A DNA stretch of 64,000 nt from positions 1 to 64,000 of the forward strand of contig CBFFRP010000389.1 in assembly GCA_965644295.1 (NCBI GenBank), written 5' to 3'. Below are positions 48,084-59,378 of this stretch, one piece after another. The translations under genes were made by a program, and so were the position numbers. How positions within the stretch are numbered: position 1 is the stretch's first letter; each line of letters starts with the position of its first letter. The notes beneath the pieces were generated by a model. That model saw only the letters and a program-made list of their open reading frames with translations, did no database searches and had not been told where the DNA came from. This stretch comes from Paraphysomonas bandaiensis (lineage: Eukaryota; Protista; Chrysophyceae).

Positions 48084-49308
48084 TGAAGTTTTCCATTTCC
48101 AAATATAATAATCATCATTAACAGACATATAGAGGCTGTATTAGAGTAGGTTCGTGCTAAAGTACTAGCTATTTTTTTGCGTACATAAATTTCCATGATT
48201 CTTATATACTTTTATGAGTGTAACCCGCTCAACTAGTAGCTACTGCTATGAAACAATGTATAGATGTGATTAGTATATCCGTGCTGTAGAATATGATTAC
48301 GATAACCCTCCATTATTTATATTCAAGTGATTTTGAAATAACATTTTGATCTTATTCTACTGTATTTTGAACTCAATCGATATTATTGCTGTGTTTTTTG
48401 ATAAAAATGGCGGTTCTCTGATAAAAAAATTTTGTTCTTTAAAAGATCGTGGAGTTTAAAGACAATAAAATAATGGAAGTTGTTTGTCGACCATAAATTC
48501 ATACTGTTCACATAATGTTGATGAATAGTGAATAGGTCAACTGAGAGTTGCGCTTGGAGTTACTTGTTCATTATACAAGATCACAATTTATTCGAATCAG
48601 TCAGACCGGTAGAAGTAAATATACAGACAACAGGGGAAGAATTCTTCCTTCCGTACAATACAGTTCAATTATTTACGGACTGGGATCAGATGCAGCCAAA
48701 AACTTATGCTGCGATATATGGACTGAAGTTGCTGGAGACTGGAGACCCCTAGTATTGATCAACAGAATAACAACGCCATTAATTTGCTATTGCTATAGCT
48801 GCCTAATGTAATCAACTGCCCTCAGGAAGTAGACCTGTCAGATAAAGTGAATGAGGAGCCATTGGAACTATTGCATTAAAGGTGTGGCTATCTTGTTAGC
48901 AAATGCAAGTTGATTGAGGCGTTCAAACGTTCAAACAAATCGACGAAGTGCCCTGAATTGCAAATATTTATTCAAAAGGTGAAATGAGTATAATGTAAAG
49001 TATGTGCGAAATCGGAAATCATCAGTACGAGAATACAGTGAAATATAGTGATTGTGAAGTGTGAAGAGATATTTCAACCATCTTGACAAGGAGATTGAAT
49101 AATACTAGTAACGATACAAACAGCCAACAAATATCAACTGATTACTGATTACGCAAAGTTTCTGGTTTCTGATATATTCTTTCAAAATCAAATAACTTCG
49201 AGCTAACCAGCAATACATTAAATAAACTGAAGTGACAAATATGCGAGTGCAGTATATGTACGTAACTGTATAAGTAACTGTATAAATAAGAACTGAAGGT
49301 GTAGTCCT

Positions 49309-49935
49309 CTACGTCCGCCTGTTAAACTGAACAAATTCCAGGAGCAGTCCAGGCGTTGGGCACTCATGCAGTGACGACTGAATAACTTTGCCTATATAAA
49401 TACTTTTTCGTCTAAGGTACGGCACGGACAAGCATCGAAACCACTTTTTGATAGTTTGGACATCTTTCCAATCTTTCATGGTTTGGGTAAAAAGTGGCTT
49501 AATGTTGTGATGTATAAAATGTAGGCCAGCAACGTATTCCTCGAAGTCTGAATAAGACTTCCATTTCACATATGTTATACTACCATAACTAAATATTAAA
49601 CAGTATTCGGCTTTGATTTCTCCTGTTGAGTAATGAACGATTCTAAAGCCATCAACACAACAAGATAAACCCATCGAATCTCCATGGGCAAGTGGGGCAT
49701 CATCACTACTAAGCATATACTTCACTGATACAGATGGATTAGGATTTCGCCAACGATAAAGTACATCAACAACAGTAATATTGTTAGAGGGTTCTACTGA
49801 AGGCGGATGAGTAACTGCCAACCATGCATTTCGTATATTAACAGATTTCTCTTCAAAACTTTCTGTTACAAACATACCCCACATACCACTAGCTCTTTTC
49901 ACAGCCCCACTCTCATCCTTCTGATCATGATTCAT
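49309..49935 (-). CDS. Hypothetical protein with a PX-domain-like C-terminus (probable short upstream exon)
   Basis: VDGFRIV...AEYCLIF...VKWKSYSDFEEY...WFRCLSVPYLRRK...LLLEFV resembles the PX strand-helix pattern. The family assignment is tentative. Confidence 0.55.
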   Translation of the reverse strand: MNHDQKDESGAVKRASGMWGMFVTESFEEKSVNIRNAWLAVTHPPSVEPSNNITVVDVLYRWRNPNPSVSVKYMLSSDDAPLAHGDSMGLSCCVDGFRIVHYSTGEIKAEYCLIFSYGSITYVKWKSYSDFEEYVAGLHFIHHNIKPLFTQTMKDWKDVQTIKKWFRCLSVPYLRRKSIYIGKVIQSSLHECPTPGLLLEFVQFNRRT

Positions 49936-50689
49936 AATCTATTAATAGAATTAATTAATGAGACCTTCACCGCACTTGGATATCTTTTATAAAGTAATCC
50001 CTTTCATTCATTGAGGGATACTTCTCATGTATCCAACGGATAGGTCTCAAGGAATTAATCTTTTAATGTAATAGAATGAACTTACATAATTATGAGGTAT
50101 GTCGTACAGTATGTATGGAGATGTGCACAGGACTGGGAGAACTCTAGAACTGACGTTTTCGAAAAATTGTGGCTTTTTACATAAAGATGGTATGTATTTT
50201 TATATACGACTCTGTGTATATATATAGAAACCTCCTAATTTAGGCGTGTTGAGAGATTTTTAGTTACTGTTGGCTCAGGTATGTAAAGTGTGTATATAAA
50301 AGTACGTATATGTTGTACTGCCGTATGTACAGAGTATGCGTTGTATTGATGTTGTACGTAGCGTGTGGATAGTGCTGTAGGCTGTATGTTTATGTATGTA
50401 TATGTATGTATATGTTTGTATATGTATGTATGTACATGGTGTGGTGGATACAGCAGTACAGTGCTATCTGTCTCTCTACGTCTATACGTATGTATATATA
50501 TGCATAGAGGAGTGTATATATACATGATCCACAGTCCCAACTGCATCATCTCACAATCCTCACTATCATATCACATCAACTCTTAAAATAAATGCTTCTT
50601 ACCTTCCCCCTTAATCTCCTACCCTCCCTCTATTATACATCCCTGTAAATACCTCTCATTAGACCCTATATACACATACATACATACAC

Positions 50690-52315
50690 ATGATAGCTGG
50701 TGATAGGAAGGCTTTGAAGGCAACTCTTACACAGGGAATTAGTAATATATTAAGACAACTTGTGGACTTATATTCATCGAATTTAAATCATTTAGGTGAT
50801 GTGTTCTTACTCGTATGTTATCACTCTTAGTAGTAGAGTATAGCGTATAGTATATAGCGTATAGTATATAGAGGATAGCGTATAGTATATAGAGGATAGC
50901 GTATAGTATATAGAGGATAGCGTATAGTATATAGAGGATAGCGTATAGAGTATAGCCTATGTGTATAGAGTATAGCGTATAGTGTGTGTATATATATAAC
51001 ATATGCTCTATACTATATAACGTTATATGTATATATACATTATATATACTTATACACATAGAGTATAATATATATACTTATAGGGATCCAAACATCTGTG
51101 ATTGCTGGTCTTGCTTTCGCCGCTGCTATTGCCAGTAGTTTCCCGGATGAGAATACAGGACATACTTTTAATGTATTTTCTGGTCTTTACTACACCACTG
51201 TTCAACTGGCGCTAATATCGTCACTACTGAGCATGGTTATATGCACAATATCCGGAGCGTATGGTCCGTCTTTAGCACTCACTGGAAAATCATCTAAAGT
51301 TATAGTTTATGGTGCGATATGTATTACTTGAGTTTCTCTTCATGACATGTTGTAAATGCAGCCGTCCGTGAGATGCAGGGTATGCAGGAGTACGTATTCT
51401 GTCTTGGTGGATTTTCCATATTTTGCTTGCTGACGGGACTATCGATATATGGGTAAATATTTTGCCACTACTTCTCTGTTGATTAACTCCGTCGTCATTA
51501 GATTTGCAACCTACAAATTGGGCCATGCTATTCTCGTGGCATGCCTGTGCGTCGTTGGAGCTGTGCTTTTGTTTCGTACGTATTGTGTGCGATTGTATTC
51601 TGCCGTTTTTACGAATTTGTGCCATTTCATTCCAGGGAGGGGGCTAAGTACGCTGCAAGACATACGATATAAAGGATCCCGCTATCTGGACGAGATATTC
51701 CGCGCCTTTCAAGGTGTGGATGGAGACGTGGTGGATGTATCTACTGGACCCAAGGGCGCGAAGGCCGCTCTCTACCCAGCTGCCACATGTGCGGGGTACC
51801 TATGGAGAAGGAAGGAAATACACAAGGGAGGCACATTTCATATGCAGTACTGTGTTTTGACTAAAGGCGGGCTTGACATGTACAAAACCAAAGAGGCTTA
51901 CGGCAATGGTGATGACAGATTAAGCCGACTACCTCTCAGGTATATGCGTCTATCAGTGGAGGCGAAAGACTTCGCCCCCGAGTCTTCTCAGGTAATTTAT
52001 TGTACCATAATATATTGGTCATGTAACTCATTGAGCACAGGTTTCGCTATCACTGATGGGCGAGAGGTACAAACGAGACAGAAAGCTCATGTTTGCCTTG
52101 CTACCTCTTGACGATCACGAGGTAGTCAATTCGGCCAACACTCTAGAGTTGCAGGCTACTTCCGTGGAGTCGTACCGGTACTGTTTCGTTGTATGTACAC
52201 GATTGGCCTGTGCTAATATAGTTGTAGGGAATGGGTGTCTGCGTTGCGTTCTGTCGAAGAGTTTTATCAAAGTATTAATGGAAATGCTCTTACTGCTGTA
52301 CTGGAGAACACGTAA
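50690..52315 (+). CDS. Orai-like four-TM protein fused to a C-terminal PH domain (multi-exon)
   Basis: Spliced translation: MIAGDRKALKATLTQG...LYSSNLNHL|GIQTSVIAGLAFAAAIAS (TM1); GLYYTTVQLALISSLLSMVICTISGAYGPSLALTG (TM2); YVFCLGGFSIFCLLTGLSIYGF (TM3); AILVACLCVVGAVLLF (TM4). PH: AGYLWRR...FHMQYCVLTKGGLDMYK...LELQATSVESYR|EWVSAL. Confidence 0.75.
50855..50950 (+). repeat. 21-bp minisatellite (TAGCGTATAGTATATAGAGGA, ~4.5 copies) in intron 1
   Basis: Direct reading. Confidence 0.9.
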
Positions 52316-53269
52316 TTGTACCCCTATTTGCGTGTGCCCTATTATTTTATGTATAGTGAGAGGAGTGCAGTGAAAGTGTCATTTTTAATGCAGAATGATG
52401 CTTGGCCACTTGTAGTGTTGACGTGTTGACCACAATATTTTTGTTACTCTAATATAATGGAAAAATAAGTCGACTTACGAATATATCTATACAAAGCTGT
52501 ATATCGTATGCCGCTGTGTAATTGACAGAGCATGCAATATATATAGTTTCCATATTTATATTTATATATTCCAGGGCTAGGTGATACTTTATTTATTTGC
52601 ATATATATGCAGTGCTGTAAAAAATGGTCGGCCAGCAAGAACAACCCAACAATATTGTTAAGCCAGCTCACAATATATATTGTATCTACTACGGTTTTGA
52701 TTGAACATGCGTAGAGGTCATTGGTTTCATGATGGCATTGATATTTGATATGCATGCAAGTAATTGTACATCAAATGTTATTATATAGTCATTTGTCATC
52801 AAAATCTTCTTTTTGAACAGTTTCATTTGAGTATGCTGTATGAAATAGCAATGCACTGGTCTCCCACAGCACTGTATGTTGAATTTTGTAAGAAATTCTA
52901 CGGTTTTTGAATTAAAACCGCTACATAAAATATGCAATAATCAGAGACAGTATTATATGAATTAATGACATGCTATGAGGTAGTTTATACAAACTGAAAT
53001 ATATTGCCTATCTCAGATTTGATAACAACATTGATTGGTAGTAGTAAAAATATAAACATTTTGAATGATGAAAGAAGCTAATCCCGATTTTAATAAGTGA
53101 CCATTGTGTAAGTTTAACAGTTCAGTTCCCTCAACAAAGTCGGACTCGCACCTTTCATTGTTGTTCTGGGGGATAAGTACCGGAGATATTAACGTGAGCC
53201 GCATATATCATATATATAGTCAGCAGATATTGTTCTGCCCACTAATTGCCGAATGCTTGTGTGGTGCTA

Positions 53270-53470
53270 GGGACACTACTTAGTGTCGCTTGACGAATAT
53301 AAGCAGGTATCCGGAAATGGTCCCACCTCAAGGGCATCCGGGGTATTTCATCTTAAGGACAGAGAGCAAAAGTGGTTGCAATGACGCGCAAGCACTTTTT
53401 GTACCACTAAATAGAAGGATATCAGAGTTAGGAACTAGTTAGTTAAATTGTTTTGCTACATTAGTTCTGA
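53270..53470 (+). repeat. Copy of the old dispersed repeat family (see 15225, 34509)
   Basis: Shared nucleotide blocks as listed for the other copies. Confidence 0.65.
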
Positions 53471-53479
53471 GAAGGCGCA

Positions 53480-54060
53480 GCTCACGTTTTATGTTGGACA
53501 GAACTGATGAAGAAGAAGAAGAAGAAATACAAGATGATGGTGTGGTCTCACTGACTGATAAGAAGAACAAAAGCGACTATGCACGATCAAACCAACTAAG
53601 CGCCGCTGCTTGAAGCATATGTACTCCACTACTAATTGTGTAGAGATATTCTATCAATACTATGATAGTCATATACAGAAAGCTTCTTAATTGTAGGGTG
53701 CAAATATAAGCTCTGAGAGTTGACAAGATCTGAGAAAGAAGCTGTTAGAATATATCTCCGTTCAGACAGTGATTATTGCAGCAATACAGAGGATGATGAA
53801 ACTGAAGTTGGTTATGCGGAAAAAATTCTTAAGTCAGCTCTAAAAATTAAGAAACAGAAATTTGAAATAAATATTATCTAAGTACACGTGCACGAGTCAT
53901 GTAGTATGTTCTTCCAGTACATGTGAACGCCTGTTCAGCGCAGCAAAACTGATTATTATATCAGTGTTGCGCGAACGTGTATGCATTCTGCTACACTTTA
54001 TATGCTGTGGTTTATGAAAGCTAATTGACAGTTGTGGCCGGGTGCAACCATATTTAAATT
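53480..54060 (+). pseudogene. Two tandem hAT transposase C-terminal remnants
   Basis: First remnant: acidic run, then LKHMYSTTNCVEIF. Second: LTRSEKEAVRIYL...GYAEKIL...SKY..TSHV...STCERLFSAAKLII...MH.ATLYML.FMKAN*QLWP, with stops and frameshifts. Confidence 0.8.
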
Positions 54061-54525
54061 AATATTGAATTAATATGATGATGGCTCAGAGGTAGAGTAT
54101 GATAACACTTTTAATTTGGTAATTAGGTTTGCTTATCAAGTGACCTTAGGCCTTTTAATGACAAGTACTAATACTGAAACTACGGATGTGTTTACCTACT
54201 GATTAAAGATACTAAAATATTGCAATAGTGTTGTTGGACCGGTTTAAAAACTCCATCAATACTAACAATAGTATTGCATATATTTTTCCCCTTCCCTGCT
54301 GTTAACTACATCTTAAAACCTAGTGCAAATTACAATGTGACTGGATCATGACACCAAACTCTGTTCAAGATAAGTAAATGATTACGTAAAGCGGACTTAA
54401 AATAAATACTAAAAAGGTATAGTTGGCAAAAATCATAATGCAATATAGAGAATAAGATAACAATCAAATAAGTAAATAAAAAGCAAACCGCACAACAATA
54501 ATAAACGTAAATAAATACACATGCA

Positions 54526-57500
54526 CTATATATCAAAACTTTTATAAGATTCTTTCGGTTGTTTACTTTCGCCATATACATCTGTCGACTTTTTCTTTTC
54601 TTCTGAAGGCAATTGTATATCCATAAGATGATGCATTTCCTCGTTTGTACCCCTCTCAGTGCGTAAAATTAGTTCTATACTAGAGCGACACAACGGAATT
54701 ACCGCATATATCACCAGCACGACCACTACCATGAGTCCGACCACAAAAAGCACACCAGTCATTGCAGAATACCACGGTGTGTGGATTCCATTCTCATCCG
54801 AATCGTTCTCACTAATCACTCTGACGCTACCATTCAGCTCATTAGCTTGGAAACAGAAAGCGAGATATCCGGAATACGTGCTTGGTAAGCGCAAACCATA
54901 TGTATAGCCCACAGACAGCGAGACAGACCAGCGCAATGGTGCAGATGGATCTAGAGGTAATATTCCGGTATCTACATGACCGAGGCGAGCCGGCGTCACG
55001 TCTCGCAGGGAGTGCCACCGTGTTTTACTGTCGGAAGGAACTAAACGTGTCATCCAAAGAAAAGGCCAATGTCGCTGGTAGAATCTGTCATTCTGAGCCA
55101 GCCACCCAAATCCACCAATCTGTACAGATTTCCCACTAAAATCAGTCACGGCAGCCGTAAGGAGGTATGCATCAAGACCACTGATGACAGGAAAGCTCCG
55201 CTCTTCCTGTCCCTAAACATAAGTCATACATGAAATAAGACTCCTGCAGCAGCGTACTAACATTAAAAGCATCAAGCGAGATAGCAACGGCACGCAGTGT
55301 TCCTGTTGAAAAGGCGAAGATACTATTACACACAGACGTATAACCAAAATAAACAAACCATTGAAATCCATTTCTGCGATAAGGGCACGGTCATGCGTAA
55401 ATCGTCCCAGTTCATCACTTATACCGACCCCAAGTCTGAGGTCAGAGAATGGAACTATGCGCTGAATACATTTACCACTCCCAAATTTCGAAAACTCATC
55501 AAACTTTGGTGGTTTATTGTTCATTCCTTTCTTAGGGGTCTTGTCAGACACGCGTCCTGCATCACTGAAATCGTCAAGACCCGTGTATTCTTCACTGCTT
55601 TCCCGACTCTTCTCGTTCTGTCGACACAGTTTGTAGCCCGCAGTAACAGTTACGTTGTACATAGCAGTAGTATTGGAAAGTGACAAATTACTCGATGAGT
55701 ATCGTAGCACCCACTCCGAGTTACCCGTTAACCCCGGCTCACCGAGAACAACGTCGCACCTTCGATACCCAGTTTGATGGATCTCAAACCACTCGTCTGG
55801 CCACAAAAACAGCATATCAAGCTCTGAAACCCCGTCAGTTACTTCATCTGGTTTCGCAATACCGCCACTTATCGTTACTCTATGTTCACCTCTGCTATCT
55901 TCCAGCTGCAAAATCAAGCCCGCCGGTGAAGAGATGGGGAGATGACTGGAGTGATTCCAGCGAATCAGAACTGTTATGTTAATCACCTCAACGCACTCAG
56001 ATTGAGAAGAAATGGATAATAGAGATTGCTGTGGCACTCTAGATGATAGATCCAGCGAGATGTCTACAGTAGCCACAGATGACGAAACCTGTTCCCTGTC
56101 ATCAGGGTAGGGAACAATATACTCCTCTCCTGAGCCTTCATATTGAGGCCATTCTGCATTTTCTTCTGGGCCATCCACAGCACCTTCTAGCGTAAATACA
56201 ACTCCCACATTTTGTGCTGGGGCGATAGGTAAGTAATGAGACCGCAAAAGACAAATGTATACGCACTCCTCGTGATCAAGCATATCCGGAAGGCAGGGAT
56301 GAGGAATAACTACCTGTTCGTTGGGGTTTCTGTGATCGCCATTAGATATATTATTTCCCCAATAAAGTGAACCGTCAGGCGATACCAGCAGTAAGTCCAA
56401 GTCGTGCATCAAAAGACGCGATGCCCATCCCACGACTGCTGGAGGGTCGAACCAAGCAATTGTCACCTTAAGTGGACTTCTGCCTGCGCGCAACCGCAGT
56501 CTGAAGCTGACAACTGAATTCTGTGATAACGAGAGGTTATCGAATACGAAAAGTTCAAGCGGGTAAGGAAGTCCCGCATCATTTTTCAATCGCAGTATAT
56601 TTTTGAGATCTAAACTTCCGTAGCCTTGGTAGATATCAGGTTGGCTGTTGCTACTCAATGGAAACGAGCGAATACCGAGAGGGGCAAACTCTGGGTCTGA
56701 ATATCGCGTTACGGGATTCCCTGAATGAAGTATAAGCGCCTTCAGCAGATATCCAGATGGTTCAAAGCTGCAGCACCAGCGATCCTTCTGTCTACACTGC
56801 GACGCCCAGAAGTCAGGACGCATAAAATATTCCCGAATTAGCAAAGCAGCCCCGGAAACCAAGGGCGCAGACATGGATGTACCTGCCTTCTCATGTACCG
56901 CACAACTGGTCAAGTTTCTCCATCGCTCAGCCCTTTCTTGTGCAGTTTTTCCAAACCTTATCCGCTGCGCGCGGTACTGATCACTTACGGACGATGAGTA
57001 CGCTGACACAAGAAAGTCTCCAGTGGCTAATATATCTGGCTTAAACCTTCCGTCATAAGTAGGCCCAATAGATCCATACATCGACACTGTTGGGGTTAGA
57101 AAAACGGAGTCATTGAACACGTTCCGCATTTGGGTTGCCCCCACGCACAGACTGTTCTTTGCATTAGCAGGTGTACCAATACTCCCCCACCCTCGAAACC
57201 CTCCATTACCCGACGCTAGCACCACCAGAAAATCCTGATTTTCGTATAGATAAGCATCAATGTCATAAGCGTGCTGTCCATACATGCTGCTTCCTCCCGC
57301 CCAGCTGTTACTGTGCACCCGTGCACCCGCGGCGTAAGCGGTGGGGAAAAGGGTGGTGCGCAGGCGTGGTACTAGTAAGAAAGGCGAAAATGCAAACCCA
57401 ATGTCGAAAAAGGCTATCTTCGCACCAGCGGCTACACCATTCATATCTGAAAATTCACCCAGCGATGCCCCTGCCAGTGTTCCAGCTGTATGTGTGCCAT

Positions 57501-58685
57501 GCCCACCCTCACTGTCCACGGGGTCCGCATATGGTACGTACTGTATGACCTTTCGCCTTCCGGACTGAACCGCATGAGACCTCACTGTGGTAGGAGACTC
57601 ATACAACTCTGAGTTGTCTCGGAAGAAACATGATATATCATTTATTCCTGAATCTGCAATACCACACACCTGCCCGGTTCCATTTAGCCCAGCCTCATGA
57701 AAAGGATGGTGCATAGGCTCCCCACTCTCCGCCACACCACTCCCATCTGAGTTAGTAAAATAAGGCGCCCTTCCCACAGACACTGAGATTACTGATTTCT
57801 CCAGCAATGCAGCATACGCGACAAGTAAAAGGCAATGACCAGAAACATTGGCTAGGCTCACAAGATGAACAGAGTTTCCGAGCTCATGCACAAAAGGCAC
57901 GGCAGTGTCGCGAGAATCATGGGTGTGTCTCCCGTGTGCTTTCTGCAATACTGAGCAGGACGCTCGAACACGTTCGTGCCACTCATATATAGAACACTCA
58001 CCATCACCACACAAACGCCCTACTGACCCAGTCAGCAAGGCGTCAAATACATTAGACCTGGTGATCCCAAATCTCTTGGAGAGGATATTAAAATCCAGAG
58101 ATGTCAAAGAAAATATCCTCTGTGAGGCTTCCCTGTAATCTATCAGAACTGGCTCTATATACATGTAATGCTGTATACCTAACATAAGAAGTATCTTTAC
58201 GGCTAGGAGGAAAGTCAATTGTCAGCATGTGAATATCAGACTCATCTCTTTCTACTCTTCGTCTGTTTTTGATATATGCCAGTAGCGTTGGGTGTATTTT
58301 TAACACCGGCAGTATTTCCAATACAGCCCAGTCCTTTCCCCATAGCTCTTCATCCTCTACTGATTCATACGGATCCACAAAATAGCACCCATATGGTTCA
58401 GTATGATTTAAAATTACAGCAAATGGATGAGTGGTTCTCACTGCAACATATTCAGATATTAATGTGACTTATAAGTACATTACCAGTCCTGTTAAGATAC
58501 CCACATCGAAAATGTGGAACATCTAATAGATCAATTCTATTACTATGAGCATCTTTTATGAGATCATCCCATTCTTTAAGAGTTATTGAGTGATATGCAG
58601 TGAATATACGTGTATTTATAATATGCGATACAAATGATGATGAATACACAAATTTCACTAGAATCCATAATATTAATAACCGCAT
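54526..58685 (-). CDS. Membrane-anchored subtilisin-like S8 protease (KP-43/TagC-like), multi-exon
   Basis: Signal peptide MRLLILWILVKFVYS; catalytic GIADSGI (Asp), GGHGTHTAGT (His), AGTSMSAP (Ser), oxyanion ASGNGG; PLKVTIAWFDPP...DLDL beta domain; C-terminal TM GVLFVVGLMVVVVLVIYAVI. Confidence 0.92.
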
Positions 58686-59233
58686 AATGATACTATATAC
58701 ATTCAATGAAAGAATTTCATATCTTAATATTAATTAAGGTCATAATTCATGTGATTCATATGATATGAATGGTATGGTATGTTCACTACGAGTGTTCCAT
58801 GTATGTATGTATATGATGGGAAGCAAGAAGCTATTCTCATAATTATAATATATGAAATTCACCATCGGTATATTGACGAATCAGATGTATGTATTATCTT
58901 TATTTAATTCATTATTGGCTAGTAAGTTGTATGAAGCTTCAACTTTTCCACAACAAAGATTGAAGAGAACACAAATTGAATGACTAAAAGTGTAAAAGTG
59001 GAAGTTTTTCAGAAAACTCCAAATATACTGTTCATATAAACAGGATGTGTGCGTTGAAACCCTAATTTTCTACTAATCTTTGAAATACTGATAATAGAAT
59101 ATGACATTTTGTATAAAATATTACGGACTTTAATATTATGTGGTCATAAAACTAGACTTTTCGCTCTTACGTTTACTACTTCGTACAACTCGTACATTGA
59201 ACTCAACACGACAACAAGCAAATCTACAGTATG

Positions 59234-59378
59234 GGCAGTCAGCATTTTATTTTTCGGGAATAAATTGAAGCACAAATTATCTATATTACTGCAATAAAAA
59301 TACGTCTAGAATACAAATAATTATTATCTCAATATTTGAGGGATATAAGAACAAAAATACACAAAGGATGCCGATACG
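59234..59378 (+). mobile_element. ~145-bp dispersed element, copy 3
   Basis: Collinear with 31101-31237; starts GGCAGTCAGCAT like the matching end of copy 2. Confidence 0.8.

Noticed and set aside
48480-48960. Possible decayed DNA-transposase fragment
   Set aside because: Only a vague resemblance; no diagnostic motif, TIR or TSD found.
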